Source: an uncultured Bifidobacteriaceae bacterium (GTDB lineage: Bacteria; Acidobacteriota; Vicinamibacteria; Vicinamibacterales; UBA2999). Taken from it: DNA of 64,000 bases. The stretch is from assembly GCA_964619705.1 (NCBI GenBank), contig CAZUGF010000010.1, positions 1,234-65,233 on the forward strand. Direction: 5' to 3'. The notes beneath the pieces were generated by a model. The model was not told where the DNA came from and did not search any database. It saw only the letters and a list, made by a program, of their open reading frames with translations. A program made the translations under genes and the position numbers. Below are positions 43,520 through 51,834 of the stretch, piece after piece (position 1 is the first letter of the stretch; each line of letters opens with the position of its first letter).

Positions 43520-45415
43520 ATGACGTCACCACCGCAACGTCTGCGGCAACTCTCGGCCGGTGGACGGAGTGCGAACGTGGACGACGGGTTGACATTCGTG
43601 AAGCGCTGGCTGGCCTTTGCCGGCGGCGTGCTCGTCGTCGCCGTCCTGTACTGGGCGCAGGACGTGCTCGTGCCGTTCGCGCTCGCCATCCTGCTCACGT
43701 TCGTCCTGGCGCCGCCCGTCGAGTGGCTCCAGCGATGGGTGGGCCGCGTGCCTGCCGTCCTGATCGTGGCCGCGCTGGTGTTCACGGTGCTCGGGCTCAT
43801 TGGCCTGGGCCTGACACGGCAGGTGGACCAGCTCATCGACGACCTCCCCGTGTATCGCGCCAACATCCGGGCCAAGGTGGCCGACGTGCGCATCGCCGGC
43901 AGCGGCGGCGCCATCGAGAAGCTGCAGGACGCGCTGGCAGGCATCAGGGACGACCTCGACGTGTCCGAGGCGCCTGCAGGACCCGCGTCCCGGTCTGTCG
44001 TGTTGGCCCCCGGCCCCGTCGCGGGCCTGCCGGCGGTGGCGTGGCTCGGGCCCGTGGTCGGCCCCCTCACGACGGCCGGGTTCGTGGCCGCGATGGTCCT
44101 CTTCATGCTGCTCGAACGCCGCGATCTACGGGATCGCCTGATCGGGCTCATCGGGTACGGGCAGCTCGCCACGACCACGAAGGCGTTCGACGAGGCCGGG
44201 ACGCGCGTCAGCCGGCAGCTCCTGATGCAATCGCTCGTGAGCCTGATCTACGGCGTCGCCGCCTTTGCCGGGCTCTACGCGCTCCACGTCCCCTACCCGT
44301 TGGTCTGGGCAACGCTCGGCGCCGCGTTTCGATTCATCCCCTACGTCGGACCCGTGCTCGGCGCCGCCGCGCCCATCCTCGTCAGCCTCGCTGCCCTGGA
44401 CGGCTGGGTGGGGCCGCTGATGGTCGTGGCGCTGTTCGGGGTCCTGGAGCTGTTCACGAACCTCGTGCTCGAGACGGTGCTGTATGCCGGCGCCGTCGGC
44501 GTGTCGCAGGTGGTGCTGCTGGTTTCGATCGCGTTCTGGACGTGGCTGTGGGGACCGCTCGGGCTGCTGATGGCCTCACCGCTCACGATCTGCGTCGTCG
44601 TCCTGGGCAAGCACGTGCCGGGCCTGGGATTCGTCGGCCTGCTGATGGATGCCGCACCGGCGCTGGCGCCGGAGTACGGCTTCTATCAGCGCCTGGTGGC
44701 GCGCGACCAGAGCGAGGCGGCGGAGCTCATCGACATCCACATCGCGAGCGGGCCGCCGGCCTCGGTCTACGACGCGCTGCTGATACCGGCGTTGAGCTAT
44801 GCGGAACGCGACCGCCTCGAGCGCCGGCTCTCGACGGACGAGGAGGCGGCGATCATCGAGACGGCCCGGGACCTGATCGCGGACGCGGCCGAGACCATCC
44901 GCCGTCACGTGCCGGCCGAGGCGCCGGCGAACGGCGAGGAGCCCTCACTCCTGGGCCCGCGCGAGCCGCTCCGTGTACTGGGCTACGCCGTCAACGGCGT
45001 CGCCGACGAGGTGGCACTCGCGATGCTGGCACAGTTGCTGGGCGACCTGCCGGTGACGATGGAGATCACGGGGGCGCGCATGCAGGCCGCGGACCTGGTG
45101 TCCCTCGTCCGGGATCGCCAGTTCTCGGTGGTGTGCTTCGCCGATCTCCCGCCGAGCTCGTCGTCCAAGACCCGGTACCTCGTGAAGCGGCTCCGCTCGA
45201 CGCTGCCCGAGCTGCAGATGGCGGTGGGACGCTGGGCGCCGTCGGTGCTGGCGGACGACAGCACGCAACCGCTCCTCGATGCGGGGGCCGATCACGTGGC
45301 CTCCCTGCTGAGCGAGACCCGCGAGTACGTCGGGGGGCTCCTCGAGAGGCCGCGTGTGCCGGTCGCCGTGGCCCCGGACACACCCCCCGTACCGACGGGA
45401 GGCGACCCGGCGTAA
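43520..45415 (+). CDS. AI-2E family transporter (PerM/YhhT-like) with about 250-aa cytoplasmic C-terminal extension resembling a B12-binding-type module
   Basis: This is the in-frame ATG at residue 163 of ORF 43034..45415. The permease core runs up to ...ICVVVLGKHVPGLGF. It is followed by a helical-cap-like region (FYQRLVARDQSEAAELIDIHIASG..VYDALLIPAL) and a Rossmann-like region (RVLGYAVNGVADEVALAMLAQLL...VVCFADL). Confidence 0.8.
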   Translation: MTSPPQRLRQLSAGGRSANVDDGLTFVKRWLAFAGGVLVVAVLYWAQDVLVPFALAILLTFVLAPPVEWLQRWVGRVPAVLIVAALVFTVLGLIGLGLTRQVDQLIDDLPVYRANIRAKVADVRIAGSGGAIEKLQDALAGIRDDLDVSEAPAGPASRSVVLAPGPVAGLPAVAWLGPVVGPLTTAGFVAAMVLFMLLERRDLRDRLIGLIGYGQLATTTKAFDEAGTRVSRQLLMQSLVSLIYGVAAFAGLYALHVPYPLVWATLGAAFRFIPYVGPVLGAAAPILVSLAALDGWVGPLMVVALFGVLELFTNLVLETVLYAGAVGVSQVVLLVSIAFWTWLWGPLGLLMASPLTICVVVLGKHVPGLGFVGLLMDAAPALAPEYGFYQRLVARDQSEAAELIDIHIASGPPASVYDALLIPALSYAERDRLERRLSTDEEAAIIETARDLIADAAETIRRHVPAEAPANGEEPSLLGPREPLRVLGYAVNGVADEVALAMLAQLLGDLPVTMEITGARMQAADLVSLVRDRQFSVVCFADLPPSSSSKTRYLVKRLRSTLPELQMAVGRWAPSVLADDSTQPLLDAGADHVASLLSETREYVGGLLERPRVPVAVAPDTPPVPTGGDPA

Positions 45416-45451
45416 CGCGCCAGCGGCGTGCCGCAGATGCTGGCCGCGTGC

Positions 45452-45700
45452 CTACAGGCCGGGCAGCAGGCTGCTGACGCGCCGGCGCTTCTGGCGCACG
45501 ACGACGACGACGGTCTGGGCGTTGGGGGCGAGGGTGCCGGCTGCCTTCAACTCCTCGACGCAGCCGTTGATCTCGTCGGCAAGCGGTCCGCCGCCGCGGC
45601 GCAGATCCTTGATGCGCTTGCGGCGCTGCTTGCCCATGTCGATGATGACGGGCGCTTTCGCGTCCGCCTTGGCGGGTGCGTCAGGTAATGTCGTAGCCAA
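45452..45700 (-). CDS. Small basic hypothetical protein
   Basis: This is the tail of ORF 45452..46072. A TTG start at 45700 has GAGGAG 7 nt upstream, and the ATG at 45637 is an alternative. It reads ...DMGKQRRKRIKDLRRGGGPLADEINGCVEELK...VVVVVRQKRRR and ends in LLPGL. Confidence 0.55.
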   Translation of the reverse strand: MATTLPDAPAKADAKAPVIIDMGKQRRKRIKDLRRGGGPLADEINGCVEELKAAGTLAPNAQTVVVVVRQKRRRVSSLLPGL

Positions 45701-45729
45701 GGTATCGCTCCTCGAGATGAGACAGGACG

Positions 45730-46053
45730 CTACAGACCGAGCAGCGCGGCCGGACGCAGTTCCTTGACCGCCTTGCGGCTTGCCTTCACGACATTGCCGG
45801 GAACGTCCCGGACCCAGCCGTCCTTCCGCTTGCGATTCGACTTCTTGTGTCCGCGCAGGTAGTGGCCCGTGGCCGCGTCGCTGGCTTCCGCCAGCGAGCG
45901 CATGACCCGCTCGGCCGGCCGCAGCAGCGCGGTGCCCTTCTTCTTGCTGCGGCGGCGCTTGAACACGACAACGGGCGCCATCCCGCCGCTCGCATCCCGC
46001 TGCAGAACCGTGATCCGCTTCACTGACTTGCTCAGTCGTGGCATGTCCATCAT
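45730..46053 (-). CDS. Small basic hypothetical protein
   Basis: 107 aa with GAGGA 6 nt upstream of the ATG. It is Lys/Arg-rich (FKRRRSKKKG, HKKSNRKRKDGWVRD) and ends in ALLGL. Confidence 0.6.
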   Translation of the reverse strand: MMDMPRLSKSVKRITVLQRDASGGMAPVVVFKRRRSKKKGTALLRPAERVMRSLAEASDAATGHYLRGHKKSNRKRKDGWVRDVPGNVVKASRKAVKELRPAALLGL

Positions 46054-46139
46054 TGGTGTCCTCAGCCGACAAGGCTATATATCACAAAAGGGCATTGGGG
46101 TATGCTGGCGCCCGAGCGCCCCCGGCGCACGTCGCCCAC

Positions 46140-47954
46140 ATGATCGCCCCGTCGCTCACGCCCACGCGCCTGGTCGAATCCGGGACCCGGCCGCCCGTCC
46201 CCATCTCCGAGCCGCTGCGGCCCGGCCGCTGGCAGGGCCTGAGGGTGTGCCGTGTCCTGCTGGTCCTCGGGGCCTGGATGCTCGGCCGCAAGCTGACCGG
46301 ACGGCTCGACCCCAGGACCCTCGGCGTCCGCCTGCGCGCGACCTTCGAGGAACTGGGCGGGCTGTGGCTCCACGCCGGACACCTCCTGTCGCTGCGCATC
46401 GACATCTTCTCGCGTGAAGTGTGCGAGGAACTCGCGCGGCTGCACGGCAGGCGGTCGGGCTTCCCCTCGGCGGAGGCCCGGCGCATCCTCGAAGAGGACC
46501 TCGGGGCGCCCGTCGCGCACTACTTCGACGAGTTCTCGGACGTGCCGTTTGCCGTGGCCCCCATCGCGCAGGTCCACCGCGCGCGCCTGCGGGTGGAACA
46601 GCGCTACGTGGCCGTCAAGATTCAGCAGCCGTACATCGACGAGGTGTTCGCGCGCGATCTCACGCACATCAGCCGCCTGGTGCGCCTGATCATCGTGCTC
46701 AGGATTCGGCCGCACCTGCTGTGGGAGTTCGCCCTGGACGAACTCCGCGAACACACCACGCAGCTACTGAACCTGCACTACGAGGCGTCGGCCATCCGGC
46801 GGATGCGCCAGCGGCTCCGCGGCCAGCGCCTGAAGGTCCCGGAGATCTTCGCCCGCTACTGCGGGCGGCGGGTGCTCGTCACGGAGTTCATCCACGCGGC
46901 GCTGATGGCCGACCTGCTCGGCCTGATGCGGACCGATCCGGTCCGGCTGGATGCGTGGCTGCACGAGAACAACATCGAGCCCCGGCGCCTCGCGCGGCGG
47001 CTGATCTTCTCGACGCTGCGGCAGGTCCTGGAGCACAACCTCTATCACGGCGATCCCACGCCGGGACACATCGTGCTGCTGCGTGACAGCCGGGTGGCCC
47101 TCATCGAGTTCACGTCGGCGACGTTCTCCGAGCTGGAGTACCTGGAGAAGTTCCGGCTGTTCCTGAAGGCGCTGGCCACGCGCGACTACGCCAAGGCCGC
47201 CGACATGAGCTTCATGCTGTGCGCGAGCCTGCCGAACATCGATACCGAGGAGGTCAAGGCGGAACTGGTCCGCGCGCTGCGCGCGTGGGCCACGCGCACG
47301 CTGGTCAAGGAGCTGCCGTACCGCGAGAAGTCGCTCGACAACGCCTTCATCGAGGTGCTCCGCGTGCTCGTGCGCTACCGCTGCACCATGGCATGGGGCT
47401 GGCTCCGCATCCGGCGCGCCATCATGACGCTCGACCTGTCGATCGAGCACCTCCACGGCGATGTCAACTACACCCGCCTCCTGCAGCACTACTTCGATCA
47501 GGCGGAAGCGCGGGCGATCGACGCGATGACCGCCCCGCGCCTCGCGCGGCGCGCGATCGGCAGCTACCTGACGGCGCTCGACATCCAGGACCGCGTGAAC
47601 GAGTACACGATGTTCCAGGGCGCCCTGGTGCGGCGGCACGCGCAGGTCTTTCAGGCCACGACCAACAAGGCGGCCGCGGTGTTCGCGGCCATCCTGGCCG
47701 AGGTGGCGTTCCTGCTGGGCGTGGGCGTGGCGGCGGCACTCGTCGTGTTCCTGACGCAGCGCTACCCCGACCGGATGGCGCCCTGGCTCGGACCGCAGTT
47801 GACCGCCCTCGTCAACCGCGTCCCCGCGCTCGACCCGGCCGTCTGGATCGTGGTCGGCATCGTCCTCGGCTACTCGGCCTGGTCGATGTTCTGGCTGCGC
47901 CGCCGGCTGCGCGAGAAGGACGTCCGGCCGCACGAACGGGTGGCGGCAGTATGA
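46140..47954 (+). CDS. ABC1/UbiB-family atypical kinase (copy 1) with C-terminal TM helices
   Basis: ORF 46038..47954, with the start at MIAPSL (46140). APIAQVHRARL...VAVKIQQP (the A-rich loop and Lys of the ABC1 family), LNLHYEASAIRRM and HGDPTPGHIVLL are present. The C-terminal hydrophobic pair is AAVFAAILAEVAFLLGVGVAAALVVF / VWIVVGIVLGYSAWSMFW. Confidence 0.9.
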   Translation: MIAPSLTPTRLVESGTRPPVPISEPLRPGRWQGLRVCRVLLVLGAWMLGRKLTGRLDPRTLGVRLRATFEELGGLWLHAGHLLSLRIDIFSREVCEELARLHGRRSGFPSAEARRILEEDLGAPVAHYFDEFSDVPFAVAPIAQVHRARLRVEQRYVAVKIQQPYIDEVFARDLTHISRLVRLIIVLRIRPHLLWEFALDELREHTTQLLNLHYEASAIRRMRQRLRGQRLKVPEIFARYCGRRVLVTEFIHAALMADLLGLMRTDPVRLDAWLHENNIEPRRLARRLIFSTLRQVLEHNLYHGDPTPGHIVLLRDSRVALIEFTSATFSELEYLEKFRLFLKALATRDYAKAADMSFMLCASLPNIDTEEVKAELVRALRAWATRTLVKELPYREKSLDNAFIEVLRVLVRYRCTMAWGWLRIRRAIMTLDLSIEHLHGDVNYTRLLQHYFDQAEARAIDAMTAPRLARRAIGSYLTALDIQDRVNEYTMFQGALVRRHAQVFQATTNKAAAVFAAILAEVAFLLGVGVAAALVVFLTQRYPDRMAPWLGPQLTALVNRVPALDPAVWIVVGIVLGYSAWSMFWLRRRLREKDVRPHERVAAV

Positions 47955-49117
47955 GCCCCCTCGACCCGCGCGCACAGTGGACGGACGAAGCACTGGACGG
48001 CTGGCGGCAGGTCGCCGACCCGCTCGCCGATCCGTTGTCGCAGGAGGTCTTCGAGGCCGGAGGCCCGGCGGCCCTCGGGCGGCTGACGCGGCAGCTCGAC
48101 GACTGGGAAGCGCCGCTGCCGGACGGCCTCACGCCCGCGATGCGCGCCTACTTCGACACGCCGCTCAGCTACCCGGCCTGGGTCGATCAGACGAAGATCG
48201 CCCACGCCGAGGATCTCTTCGCCTCCTTCGGTCCCCTGACCGTCACGGGCCTGCTGCTGAACGGCTACCCGCAGTTCCTCACCTGCCCGGCCGGTGCGCG
48301 GGCGATGTACGCCGCGCGCGTCTTCAGTCCGGAATCGCTCGCCAGCCGGATGCTCGAGATCGCCCAGTTCGCGCTGTACATGGGCGCGCGAGGCGGCCTC
48401 TCGCTTGCGCCGCGCGCGGCCGACACGCCGCCCGCCGTCGGCCGCAGCGCGATGGCGTACCGCAAGCTGCGGATCGTGCATGCGAACATCCGCCTCCTCC
48501 TCACGTGCGACGCCGCGCGCGATGCCTGGGACGCGGAGGCACTCGGGCTCCCCATCAACCAGGAAGACCTGGCGATGGGGATGCTGTGCTTCTGTCTCGG
48601 TGCGATCGACGGGCTCCAGAAGTCCGGCTTCGATCTCACGCGCGAGGATCAGGAGGCCATGCTGATGGCGTGGCGCGCCGCGGTCTGGCTGCTCGGCCTG
48701 GTCGACGACCTGCAGCCGGCCGACATCCCGGCCGCACAGGCGCTGCACGGCCGAAGTCTCGAGCGGCACCAGCGCGGCACGCACGAAGGCGCGGTCGTCA
48801 TCCGCGAGATGCTGCACATCGTCGAGAGTCTGCTGCCGCCGGGCACTCGCCGCATCCCCGGCGCGCTCGTCCGGTTCCAGCTCGGGGATCGCCAGGCCGA
48901 CCTGATCGACGTGCCCAATCCGCGCTGGCTGCTGGCGGTCATTCGGGGGACCGAGCCGCTCTGGAAGACCACGCGGCTGTTTGCCTCGCTGTCCAAGCTG
49001 CTGAGCCCGCGCCTGCTGGCGTGGGCCTCGTCGCCCAACCGCCTGGGGGGCACGCGGCGCCTGGAGCTGCCGCCCGAACTGGCCGCGAGACTGGGCAGCA
49101 CGCGGCCGGACCGCTAG
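47951..49117 (+). CDS. DUF2236 / MpaB-family oxygenase-like protein
   Basis: This is the in-frame ATG of ORF 47219..49117, overlapping the UbiB stop (ATGA). The family assignment is from memory of the pattern (…YRKLRIVHANIRLLL…, all-helical, about 390 aa) and needs an HMM check. Confidence 0.6.
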   Translation: MSPLDPRAQWTDEALDGWRQVADPLADPLSQEVFEAGGPAALGRLTRQLDDWEAPLPDGLTPAMRAYFDTPLSYPAWVDQTKIAHAEDLFASFGPLTVTGLLLNGYPQFLTCPAGARAMYAARVFSPESLASRMLEIAQFALYMGARGGLSLAPRAADTPPAVGRSAMAYRKLRIVHANIRLLLTCDAARDAWDAEALGLPINQEDLAMGMLCFCLGAIDGLQKSGFDLTREDQEAMLMAWRAAVWLLGLVDDLQPADIPAAQALHGRSLERHQRGTHEGAVVIREMLHIVESLLPPGTRRIPGALVRFQLGDRQADLIDVPNPRWLLAVIRGTEPLWKTTRLFASLSKLLSPRLLAWASSPNRLGGTRRLELPPELAARLGSTRPDR

Positions 49118-49368
49118 TCCGCCGGCCGGCTGTTCTCGACAGTGCGCACAATTTCGCGGATGCTCGTATACGAGTCCAGGGCGTCGTCCGGCACGGAGAC
49201 ACCGAAGCGCTTCTCGATGACGGCCAGGATCTGGAGCCCCTGCAGGGAATCGACGTTCAGTTCCTGTTTGAGGTGGGTGTCCGGCGTGATCCGCTCGATC
49301 GGCGCCTTCGTGATGCGCGACACGATCTCCGTGACTTCCTGCTCGATGCTCACCGGCAGATTATGCAC
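49114..49368 (-). CDS. Stand-alone acyl carrier protein
   Basis: 84 aa with a GTG start (an alternative GTG at 49353 gives MSIEQEV...). The phosphopantetheine attachment motif is LNVDSLQGLQI. It shows the four-helix ACP pattern. Confidence 0.85.
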   Translation of the reverse strand: MHNLPVSIEQEVTEIVSRITKAPIERITPDTHLKQELNVDSLQGLQILAVIEKRFGVSVPDDALDSYTSIREIVRTVENSRPAD

Positions 49369-49384
49369 TGGCGGCGCCCGTTCG

Positions 49385-49398
49385 GGGTAATAATACCC
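49385..49398. promoter_or_regulatory. Inverted repeat GGGTA-ATAA-TACCC with embedded TAATAAT in the ACP / radical-SAM divergent spacer
   Basis: This is the only AT-rich patch in the 77-nt spacer 49369-49445. It is a plausible shared -10 element or operator. Confidence 0.35.
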
Positions 49399-49445
49399 GC
49401 CTCGAACCGGCGGGGATGCCCTCCGCCATGCGGAGGCCTATCCGT

Positions 49446-50813
49446 ATGCGTGTTGGACTGATCGCAATGAGCGGTGTCCGGGTCGTCAATCCCAGGCTGA
49501 TCGAACTGGGGGTCACGCTTCCACAGTTCGTCAGCCGCGGAGAGGTCATCGCGCAGCTACCCTCGCTGGCCCTCCTGCTGCTGGCCGCCGCCACGCCCGA
49601 AGACATCGACATCGCCTACATGGAGGTGGCCGACGTCAAGGCCGCCGAGGCCTTTGACACCTCGTTCGACCTGGTGGCCCTGACCTCTTATACCGCGATG
49701 GCCTACGAGATGTACGACCTCGCCGATCGCTACCGGGCGGCCGGCATCCCGGTCGTCATTGGCGGGCTCCATGCCTCGTTCACGCCCGACGAGACCAAGG
49801 AGCACGCCGATGCGGTGTGCATCGGCGAGGGCGAGACGCTCTGGCCGTTGATCCTCGCGGACTTCAGGGCCGGCGGCGTCAAGGCGCTGAAGCCCTTCTA
49901 CCGCGAAGCAGCGCCCGGCAGCTACGACCTGGCCCATTCCCCGATGCCGCGGTTCGACCTGCTGCTCGGCCGCAAGTACAACCGCATTACCGTGCAGACG
50001 GTGCGCGGCTGCCCGCTCGACTGCGAGTTCTGCGGCGCCTCCAAGCTCTATGCGGCCAGGTACCGCCGCAAGCCCGTCGAGATGGTCGTCGCCGAGGTGG
50101 CGCGCATCAAGGAACTGTGGGGCGACAACGCCTTCTTCGAACTGGCCGACGACAACTCGTTCGCCAACCGGTTCTGGGCGAAGGAGTTCCTGACGTCCAT
50201 CCAGGACCTCGACCTGCGCTGGTTCACCGAGACGGACCTGTCGATCGCCGACGATGACGAGCTGCTGAAGCTGCTGGCCAAGAGCGGCTGCCGCCAGATC
50301 CTGATCGGCCTGGAGTCGACCGACGCCCGCACGTTGAACGGCATCGACCGGGCCAACTGGAAGATGAGGCACCTGTCGCGCTACATGGACGCGATCAAGA
50401 AGATCCAGTCCTACGGCGTCACCGTCAACGGCTGCTTCATCGTCGGCAACGATGGCGACGACAAGGGCGTGTTCGAGCGGCTGCGCGACTTCATCGAGAA
50501 GAGCGAGCTGATCGAGGCGCAGGTCACCATCCTGACGCCCTTCCCCGGCACGCAGCTGCTGGCGCGCCTGCAGCGCGAGGGCCGGCTGCTGTCGGACCGC
50601 ATCTGGGACAAGTGCACGCTGTTCGACCTGACGTTCGAGCCCCGGCAGATGACGCCGGACGAGCTGATTGAAGGCCACTCGTGGCTGATGTCGCAGATCT
50701 ACAACCAGGAGCAGTTCACGCGCCGCAAGCGGCACTATGTGAACATCATGAAGGACATCAGCCTGCCGTGGATGGCTGAACAGACAGAGGCGTCGCTCGA
50801 ATTCTTCCGATGA
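49446..50813 (+). CDS. B12-binding-domain radical SAM enzyme (class B type)
   Basis: ORF 49416..50813, with the start at MRVGLIAMSG (49446) and GGAGG 9 nt upstream. The N-terminal Rossmann-like region (DLVALTSYT...IPVVIGGLH) is followed by the CxxxCxxC cluster RGCPLDCEFCG. Confidence 0.85.
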   Translation: MRVGLIAMSGVRVVNPRLIELGVTLPQFVSRGEVIAQLPSLALLLLAAATPEDIDIAYMEVADVKAAEAFDTSFDLVALTSYTAMAYEMYDLADRYRAAGIPVVIGGLHASFTPDETKEHADAVCIGEGETLWPLILADFRAGGVKALKPFYREAAPGSYDLAHSPMPRFDLLLGRKYNRITVQTVRGCPLDCEFCGASKLYAARYRRKPVEMVVAEVARIKELWGDNAFFELADDNSFANRFWAKEFLTSIQDLDLRWFTETDLSIADDDELLKLLAKSGCRQILIGLESTDARTLNGIDRANWKMRHLSRYMDAIKKIQSYGVTVNGCFIVGNDGDDKGVFERLRDFIEKSELIEAQVTILTPFPGTQLLARLQREGRLLSDRIWDKCTLFDLTFEPRQMTPDELIEGHSWLMSQIYNQEQFTRRKRHYVNIMKDISLPWMAEQTEASLEFFR

Positions 50814-51817
50814 CACCCGCCATCGCGTCGGCGTTTCGCGAGCCGCGCATCGTCGAGGCCGTGCGGCGGCTGAGCATGGTGAGCAACGCGCGCGCCGCCG
50901 CGGCCGTGGCCCGCCAGTGGCTCATCATCGCCGGCTGCATCGCCGGCGCGACGTGGATCGGCGGCCCGGCGGCCTACCTGGCCGCCATCCTCATCATCGC
51001 CGGGCGTCAACATGCCCTCGGCGTGCTGATGCACGACGCGGCGCACTATCGGCTCTTCTCGAGCCGCCGGCTGAACGACGCCGTGAGCGACCTGTGCTGC
51101 GCGCTGCCGTTCGGGCTGGCGACCGTACGCTATCGCTCCGACCATCTGAGGCACCACCAGCATGCCGTCACGGCCGAGGATCCGTACTGGGTCACCATGC
51201 AGGCGCACCCGGCGGGATGGCGCTGGCCGAAGTCGCCGGCGTGGGCCGCGGTGCGGCTGGCCGCGGACCTCCTGGGCCCCGGGGCCGTGTCGTTCCACCG
51301 GGAATGGTACGCATGGCTGCCGTGGCCCAACCACTTCTCGACGCGGGAGTATCCCTGCCGGCTGGACGCCGCCTCGCGCCTGCGATGCTACGGCTTCTTC
51401 CTGGCGCTCGGCGGTGCGCTCGCCTACACCGGCGCGTGGTGGGGATTCCTCGCGTTCTGGATCGTGCCGATGCTGACGTTCCTCCAGGTCTTCCTGCGTA
51501 TCCGCGGCGTGGCCGAACACCTCGCGCCTCCCGGGGAGGAGGGGCTCGACGCCACGCGCGATACCGTGCCGACGCTGCTCGAACGCGCCACCGTGGCGCC
51601 GCTCAACGTCAGCTATCACCTGACGCATCACATGTTCCCGGGGATCCCGTACTACAACCTGGCGCGCGTGAGCGCGCTGCTGCGTTCGAACCCCGCCTTC
51701 AGCGGCGAGGCCCGCGTCTCGATGAGCTACTTCGGCCGTTTCGGCGTGGTGTGGCGCGAGATGATTCGACGGCGCGGCCAGCCCGGCGGCGGCGCCGCGT
51801 CGCCGCACGGGGCCTGA
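50810..51817 (+). CDS. Membrane fatty-acid desaturase-family di-iron enzyme
   Basis: 335 aa. It has three His boxes, HDAAHY, HLRHHQH and HLTHHMF, and TM helices. ATGA overlap with the radical SAM stop. Confidence 0.85.
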   Translation: MTPAIASAFREPRIVEAVRRLSMVSNARAAAAVARQWLIIAGCIAGATWIGGPAAYLAAILIIAGRQHALGVLMHDAAHYRLFSSRRLNDAVSDLCCALPFGLATVRYRSDHLRHHQHAVTAEDPYWVTMQAHPAGWRWPKSPAWAAVRLAADLLGPGAVSFHREWYAWLPWPNHFSTREYPCRLDAASRLRCYGFFLALGGALAYTGAWWGFLAFWIVPMLTFLQVFLRIRGVAEHLAPPGEEGLDATRDTVPTLLERATVAPLNVSYHLTHHMFPGIPYYNLARVSALLRSNPAFSGEARVSMSYFGRFGVVWREMIRRRGQPGGGAASPHGA

Positions 51818-51834
51818 CGGCCGGCCTGTCCACG

